Assembly (NCBI GenBank): GCA_963779615.1
Contig: CAVZZA010000001.1
Location: 64,001 to 128,000 of the forward strand
Origin: an uncultured Nitrososphaeraceae archaeon
GTDB lineage: Archaea > Thermoproteota > Nitrososphaeria > Nitrososphaerales > Nitrososphaeraceae
DNA: 64,000 nt
Direction of reading: 5' to 3'
Part shown: positions 62,340-64,000 of the stretch, in pieces
Layout of the letters: each line of letters opens with the position of its first letter
How positions within the stretch are numbered: position 1 is the stretch's first letter
Program-made: the position numbers and the translations under genes
Notes under the pieces: model-generated
The model's input: the letters and a program-made list of their open reading frames with translations, nothing else
Databases searched by the model: none
What the model was told of the DNA's origin: nothing

Positions 62340-63239
62340 TTGGATAACTCAAATCCAACTTTAACTTTTGATCCAACCCAATACAAGATCAATAACAAAA
62401 CAAATTGGAATGCTATTGCCCCACTCTACCACAAGGATTGGGCAAGCACCTACACCGGGCCTTTTAAATCAACAATTGAATTAGTAAAATTTGCCGACAT
62501 AAATTCAAACGACACGGTACTGGATCTGGCTTGTGGAACGGGAGCAGTCTCTAAAGAGATAATCAAGAATATGGGCAACAATGACGGCCCAAATGAGAGT
62601 GGCAGAAAAGGCATGCTGGTTGGAATTGACATTTCGCGGTCTGCTCTTTCAATAGCCAAAGCATCAACTTCCCCATATTTTGCAAAACCTTTGTTTATTG
62701 AGATGGATGCCGAAAACTTGGCGTTTCGCAAACCTTTTTTTACCAAAATATTCTGCCAGTTTGGCTTGACATTTTTTCCCAACACACCACATGTTCTGAA
62801 AGAGCTAAAAGAGATCCTGGTGAAGGATGGAAAGTTATTTGTTGCAGTTCATGGCATTGCGGAAAATGTTCCTTATTTTAGTTGCATAATGGATTCAATA
62901 CTAAAATATATTCCAGATGCAAGGCCAAAAGGATCACCAACAGTCCACACATTTGGAAATCCTGTTGATTTGTACAAAATACTAGAGGATTCAGGGTATT
63001 CCAACATATCAGTAAAAAAACACACTTTTTACTATCATGCAGGCACGTTTGAGCAATACTGGTTTGACTACATGTCATCAACCGCAAATTCAATCCGTCC
63101 GTTAATCGAATCAAAGGGAACCGACATAATTTTTTCCATAAAAAAAGACTCCAAAGAGACTGCAGCCAAACATTCAGACGGTAAAGGAATAATCAATTTT
63201 CCTTGGGATGTGTTGATTGCAACAGCTAACAAAGATTGA
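62340..63239 (+). CDS. Class I SAM-dependent methyltransferase (UbiE-like)
   Basis: VLDLACGTG, VGIDIS...L..A, MDAE.L, CQFGL.FFP, L..DG. Confidence 0.93.
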   Translation: MDNSNPTLTFDPTQYKINNKTNWNAIAPLYHKDWASTYTGPFKSTIELVKFADINSNDTVLDLACGTGAVSKEIIKNMGNNDGPNESGRKGMLVGIDISRSALSIAKASTSPYFAKPLFIEMDAENLAFRKPFFTKIFCQFGLTFFPNTPHVLKELKEILVKDGKLFVAVHGIAENVPYFSCIMDSILKYIPDARPKGSPTVHTFGNPVDLYKILEDSGYSNISVKKHTFYYHAGTFEQYWFDYMSSTANSIRPLIESKGTDIIFSIKKDSKETAAKHSDGKGIINFPWDVLIATANKD

Positions 63240-63381
63240 AAATGATGGAGGTTTTGACGGCCGCCTTTTATGCAGAAACAAAACGCAGGCGAAAGTACGG
63301 GCAACCGCGGTTAATTCCATTTCACGCCACTCAGCAAAGTGCGAATACCGACTTTAATGCATGCAAATACTTTTTCTTTTG

Positions 63382-63645
63382 TTAAGGGAACGGTAAATCG
63401 TCGACGTCCATGTCATCGTCATCACCATTAGAGTCATCTCCATCTCCACTATCCGATTGCTCTGCAAAAACTTGACCAAACGGTAAAGAAAATGATGAAT
63501 CACCGGAGTCATGGTCATGGTCATTGTCTTTGTGATTATCGTCGCTAGAGGCATATACACTCTGAGAAGACCCCAAGGTAAGCGTTAGAACTGCTGCAGC
63601 AACTAACATGATAAAAGAATAACAAAAATTAAATCTTCTCTTCAT
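63382..63645 (-). CDS. Small secreted Asp/His-rich protein
   Basis: Signal peptide ending VYA|S and an acidic low-complexity mature region ending LPFP. Confidence 0.75.
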   Translation of the reverse strand: MKRRFNFCYSFIMLVAAAVLTLTLGSSQSVYASSDDNHKDNDHDHDSGDSSFSLPFGQVFAEQSDSGDGDDSNGDDDDMDVDDLPFP

Positions 63646-63756
63646 TATATGTAATTGATATGCAATTTTTTAATATAAATTGATTGTGTCAGATATTTCT
63701 ACATCATAGTTAGGATAATATGTTCTATATGGCTTAAATACTCATAGCGGGGGCAT

Positions 63757-63966
63757 TTAAGGGTTATAGGGATGATAAGCCATACTATTTGTCTGTGGGC
63801 TGACGGTATCGTTTACCGTATCTTCAACTACATTATATGGAGGGATGAGAAGCGGAATAAGACTATCATCTGCATTGAGATATGTTTGCGCATAGGATTC
63901 ATATAGATTAATGTTTAAAATGATGGCCATACTTAAAAATAATATTGTTATTGTATATTTAAACAT
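63757..63966 (-). CDS. Small secreted hypothetical protein
   Basis: Signal peptide ending SYA|Q; tandem with the previous gene. Confidence 0.6.
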   Translation of the reverse strand: MFKYTITILFLSMAIILNINLYESYAQTYLNADDSLIPLLIPPYNVVEDTVNDTVSPQTNSMAYHPYNP

Positions 63967-64000
63967 AATATTGTTATATGTAATTAACTGCTATAGTATT

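Overview
AT-rich chromosomal window from an ammonia-oxidising archaeon (Nitrososphaerales, most like Nitrosocosmicus; inferred from gene content and style). From left to right it holds: (i) a putative signalling locus broken up by IS6 remnants, with a DUF4242 protein, a kinase-less tandem sensor protein, a degenerate KaiC/RAD55-Zn-class III nucleotide cyclase fusion and a MinD/ParA ATPase; (ii) a complete A/V-type ATPase operon in the Thermoplasmatales-like order K-E-C-F-A-B-D-(x)-H-I, including an unannotated 52-aa membrane ORF coupled between D and H; (iii) an accessory stretch of small proteins, IS6 elements and pseudogenes; (iv) rpl21e-rpoF-DUF655-rsmA and a RadA gene; (v) the sirC-hemA-hemB-hemL-hemC-cobA-hemD operon, where hemC has no canonical start upstream of its conserved N-terminal motif; (vi) sufBD-Rieske and serA; (vii) a heme-copper oxidase cluster whose CoxB has lost one CuA cysteine and carries a nearly identical copy of the neighbouring blue-copper domain; (viii) housekeeping and accessory genes and further pseudogenes. 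No rRNA, tRNA or CRISPR array was recognised. All family calls come from reading motifs by eye, not from database searches.
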